DNA of 42,550 bases, taken from the NCBI GenBank assembly GCA_944332215.1, contig CALVJP010000021.1:1-42550 (forward strand), in the 5' to 3' direction. The notes below the pieces were generated by a model. It did no database searches. It was not told the DNA's origin and saw nothing but the letters and a program-made list of their open reading frames with translations. Shown one piece after another: positions 39,756 through 42,550 of this stretch. The translations under genes were made by a program, and so were the position numbers. Every line of letters starts with the position of its first letter. Positions within the stretch are counted from its first letter, which is position 1. Source of the stretch: an uncultured Bacilli bacterium (lineage in GTDB: Bacteria; Bacillota_I; Bacilli_A; RF39; UBA660).

Positions 39756-40511
39756 ATGATAGATACACATTGCCATTTAATGCGGCAAGATTATGATAAT
39801 GTTGATGATGTCATAAAAAATATGGGGAGTAATATTATGATAGTAAGTACAGCTAGTCCTCAAGATCTTGAAGAAATTATCCAACTTTGTGAAAAGTATC
39901 CCAATGTCTATGGTACTATTGGGATTCATCCCGAGTTTGCTGATACTTATACACAAGATGATTTAATTAAAATTGAAAAATTTTTAACTCATCCAAAAAT
40001 TGTAGGAGTTGGTGAGGTTGGTTTAGATTATCATTATACCAAAGATAATAAAGAACGCCAAATAGAACTTTTTAAAAGGCAAATTGAATTAGCTAATAAA
40101 TATCAAAAAACTTTAGTTGTACATAGCCGGGAGGCAATTTTGGATACTTATGAGCTCATTAAAACCTATAAAGAAACAGAACTTAATTGTGTACTTCATT
40201 GTTATAGTGGCAGTTTAGAAATGGCCCAACGATTTATTCCTTTAAATACTTATTTTGGTATTGGTGGGGTATTGACTTTTAAAAACGAAAAAAAATTAAA
40301 AGAAATTGTGATGCTTTTAGATCTTAGACATTTCGTTTTAGAAACAGATAGTCCTTATTTAGCGCCAGAGCCATTGAGGGGCCATCAAAATGAGCCTTGT
40401 AACGTCCAATATGTTGCTTTAAAAATAGCTGAATTAAAAAGGATAAAATTGGAAAAAGTCCTTGATATTACAAGCCAAACTGCTTGCCGTCTATTTGACA
40501 TCCACTACTAA
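39756..40511 (+). CDS. tatD: TatD-family nuclease
   Basis: IDTHCH, GIHP, GEVGLDY, VHSR, HCYSGS, ETDSPYLAP. Confidence 0.95.
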   Translation: MIDTHCHLMRQDYDNVDDVIKNMGSNIMIVSTASPQDLEEIIQLCEKYPNVYGTIGIHPEFADTYTQDDLIKIEKFLTHPKIVGVGEVGLDYHYTKDNKERQIELFKRQIELANKYQKTLVVHSREAILDTYELIKTYKETELNCVLHCYSGSLEMAQRFIPLNTYFGIGGVLTFKNEKKLKEIVMLLDLRHFVLETDSPYLAPEPLRGHQNEPCNVQYVALKIAELKRIKLEKVLDITSQTACRLFDIHY

Positions 40512-40523
40512 TTATGATATAAT
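40495..40523 (+). promoter_or_regulatory. sigmaA promoter for the G5/3D gene
   Basis: Perfect TTGACA-17-TATAAT with extended TG. Confidence 0.8.
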
Positions 40524-40558
40524 CGAAAAGATTTCAATTTTGAAATTAGGAGGTATTT

Positions 40559-41263
40559 ATGAATACTTATTTACTGGGGCTGATAGCAAAATGGGCATCA
40601 ATTGTATGGCTTTCAGTTACCGGGCTATTTTCTGATTTACTATTTTCAGAAGTGAAATTTGAAGTTGATAATATCAATCAAACGAAAAATTCGGCAGCTT
40701 CAATTACTGAGGTTGCTTTTGATACACTTAAAATCTATAATAGCAAATTACCTAAAAACATAACGATTACTAAACAAGAAGGTCAAACAGGTCTAGCTTA
40801 TACTGATAACATTAATCATAAAATGGAAATTATCGAAAAACCAGTCAATGCTATTATTGAAGTTGGTACCGGTGATTATGGCGAATATGTTGGTAAAATG
40901 ACTGGATATGGCGCGGATTGTCAAGGCTGTAATGGCTCTGGTTTTTTATCTTGTCGTACCAGCTCTGGACAAACTTGGAGTTTAACTAGAGATGGAGAAA
41001 CCTACGTTGATGAAGAATTTGGGAAAGTGCGGATTTTAGCTGCAGCTTTAGATAAATTTCCTTGCGGGACGATTATCAAAGTTTCTCATTCGAAGCTGGG
41101 GACTTTCTATGCTGTTGTTTTGGATACTGGTAGTGCGATGCGCACTGCTTGGCAGCAGGGAATCGTGCATATGGATTTAGCCTTTGTTACAGAAAAAAAC
41201 CGAGCCATTTATAAGGCAACGGGCTTTAATATTAAATATAGTGTTCAAAGATGGGGATGGTAA
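40559..41263 (+). CDS. Exported G5 plus 3D-domain cell-wall protein (YabE-like)
   Basis: N-terminal hydrophobic segment; G5-like KQEGQTG..KPVNAIIEVGT; 3D-like TGY..FPCGT..LDTG..MDL; follows tatD as yabE does in Bacillus. Confidence 0.75.
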   Translation: MNTYLLGLIAKWASIVWLSVTGLFSDLLFSEVKFEVDNINQTKNSAASITEVAFDTLKIYNSKLPKNITITKQEGQTGLAYTDNINHKMEIIEKPVNAIIEVGTGDYGEYVGKMTGYGADCQGCNGSGFLSCRTSSGQTWSLTRDGETYVDEEFGKVRILAAALDKFPCGTIIKVSHSKLGTFYAVVLDTGSAMRTAWQQGIVHMDLAFVTEKNRAIYKATGFNIKYSVQRWGW

Positions 41264-41272
41264 ATCCCTTTT

Positions 41273-41500
41273 TTAAAGCTCTTTTCTTGGAAAATCTCTT
41301 GATTGAAATTTTTCCCCGGTTACATTATTGACAAAATAAATACTAAAATTGCATTCAGTTGCAATTTTTTCAATTGTCGAGAAATCGGGCTGTCTACGTC
41401 CACTTTCGTATCCAGATAAAGTTGTTCTTTCTATTTCCAAACTTTTAGCTATAACTTCTTGCTTCAAATTTCTATATGTACGCATGTACTTCAAAACCAT
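41273..41500 (-). CDS. XRE-family HTH transcriptional regulator
   Basis: LKQEVIAKSLEIERTTLSGYESGRRQPDFSTIEKIA. Confidence 0.88.
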   Translation of the reverse strand: MVLKYMRTYRNLKQEVIAKSLEIERTTLSGYESGRRQPDFSTIEKIATECNFSIYFVNNVTGEKFQSRDFPRKEL

Positions 41501-41714
41501 ACCAATTATAATACCACCTCATACATTATTATTGTCGCAAAATGTCACATAAAATATAAAGTAGTAGAATTTATTAAAAATAAGGGACGGTTGTAGTAGT
41601 TATTTAAAACCACTCTTAAATATACTGTTTTTTATTAAAGATAAGGATGTATATCAAAATTAAAAACAATAGGAAACAAAAATACTGAAGTAAGCAATAC
41701 AAAGAGGTGTCTTT

Positions 41715-42506
41715 ATGCGAATTATTTTATGTGATAATGATCAAATAACCAAATTAGATTTGCCAGCTAACGTTGAGGGCAGTTTTTTCTTAAATGCTCC
41801 TAATCAAGAACGTAGTTTAGTGGCTATCAATTCGGAAAACGGCAAGTGGTATATGATTTCTAATGCTGATGTCGTTATTACCTATAATAATCAGCCAGCT
41901 AGTAAAATAGAAGTGGTAAGTCACTGTCTTTATGGCTTAAAAGCCCAAGGTAAAAACTATTTAGTTTATGTTGAGGATTCCTATGATTCCTCTATTTGTG
42001 CTTATAAAATGCTCGATTCTACTATTACCATTGCTTATCAAAATGCTGATATTACTTATAACTTTAAATATATAGGCCCACAATCATTTAAAATTACCCA
42101 TAATGAAAATGGTTATAATTTATCGATTATTAAAGATGCTCTTCTTTTCAAAAATGGTTTTCATTTAAAAGAAAGTACGACAGTTTTACATAATGGGGAT
42201 ACCATATTTTTCTATGGATTAAAAATTATGGTCTGTAACAATTTAATTATTATGAATAATCCTCTTGGTAAAGTCAGTGTTAGCAATAAACTGCAATTAA
42301 TAGATTTACCGTACCAAAAATATACGCCAGCTGCCACTGATAAAAATGATCACGTGAATCTGTACGACGAAAAAGATTATTTTTATAAAACACCGCGTAT
42401 TCGCCGGTATATTAAAACATACTATATGTCTGTTGCCTTACCTCCAGCCAAAGTTGAAGAAGAGATCGCTCAAAAAATTCAAGAAAATTTAGCAATTTTA
42501 TATTAA
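41715..42506 (+). pseudogene. essC: Truncated type VIIb secretion EssC/YukB N-terminal (FHA-like) region
   Basis: Beta-rich tandem FHA-like region (LHNGDTIFFYGL) and linker FYKTPRIRR...LPPAK that precedes EssC TM helices; stops at 263 aa without TM or ATPase domains. Confidence 0.6.
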
Positions 42507-42550
42507 TTATGTTCATTCATTAAAAAATGATTTTTGAAAACATTTGAATA

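Noticed and set aside
5727-41552. Short antisense or overlapping ORFs in the track (e.g. 5727-5963, 8717-9007, 12068-12397, 14490-14735, 31467-31706, 35950-36261, 41349-41552)
   Set aside because: They overlap well-supported conserved genes and show no recognisable motifs; treated as shadow ORFs.
1-42550. Mycoplasma-type genetic code (TGA = Trp)
   Set aside because: Conserved genes are full length under the standard code, Trp is TGG, and rsmI ends in TGA.

Overview
Very AT-rich chromosomal replication-origin region of a Bacilli-type (Bacillota) bacterium using the standard genetic code. The gene set and short proteins suggest a reduced lineage such as RF39-like gut Bacilli (inference). Left to right: an accessory end (possible ADP-ribosyltransferase-fold ORF and a complete IS256-family element); the leftward rpmH-rnpA-yidC-jag-HD-mnmE-mnmG-rsmG block; a bipartite oriC around dnaA; dnaN; a ComK-family gene where yaaA normally sits; recF-gyrB-gyrA; an array of seven perfect parS palindromes built mostly from a ~107-bp tandem repeat; a minimal SRP RNA; tadA-dnaX-ybaB-recR-bofA-holB-ricT-yabB-rsmI-pth-mfd; a CBS-type ppaC; spoVT; a Met T-box leading dut-DHH phosphoesterase-metG; an acyl-CoA ligase; a hybrid kinase lacking its phospho-His; a small membrane protein; tatD; a G5/3D cell-wall protein; an XRE regulator; and a truncated EssC N-terminus. 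The most striking elements are the regularly spaced parS array, the origin-linked comK with tandem Spo0A-like boxes, the T-box-led dUTPase operon and the pseudo-histidine kinase. All family calls are from motif recognition by eye, not database searches.
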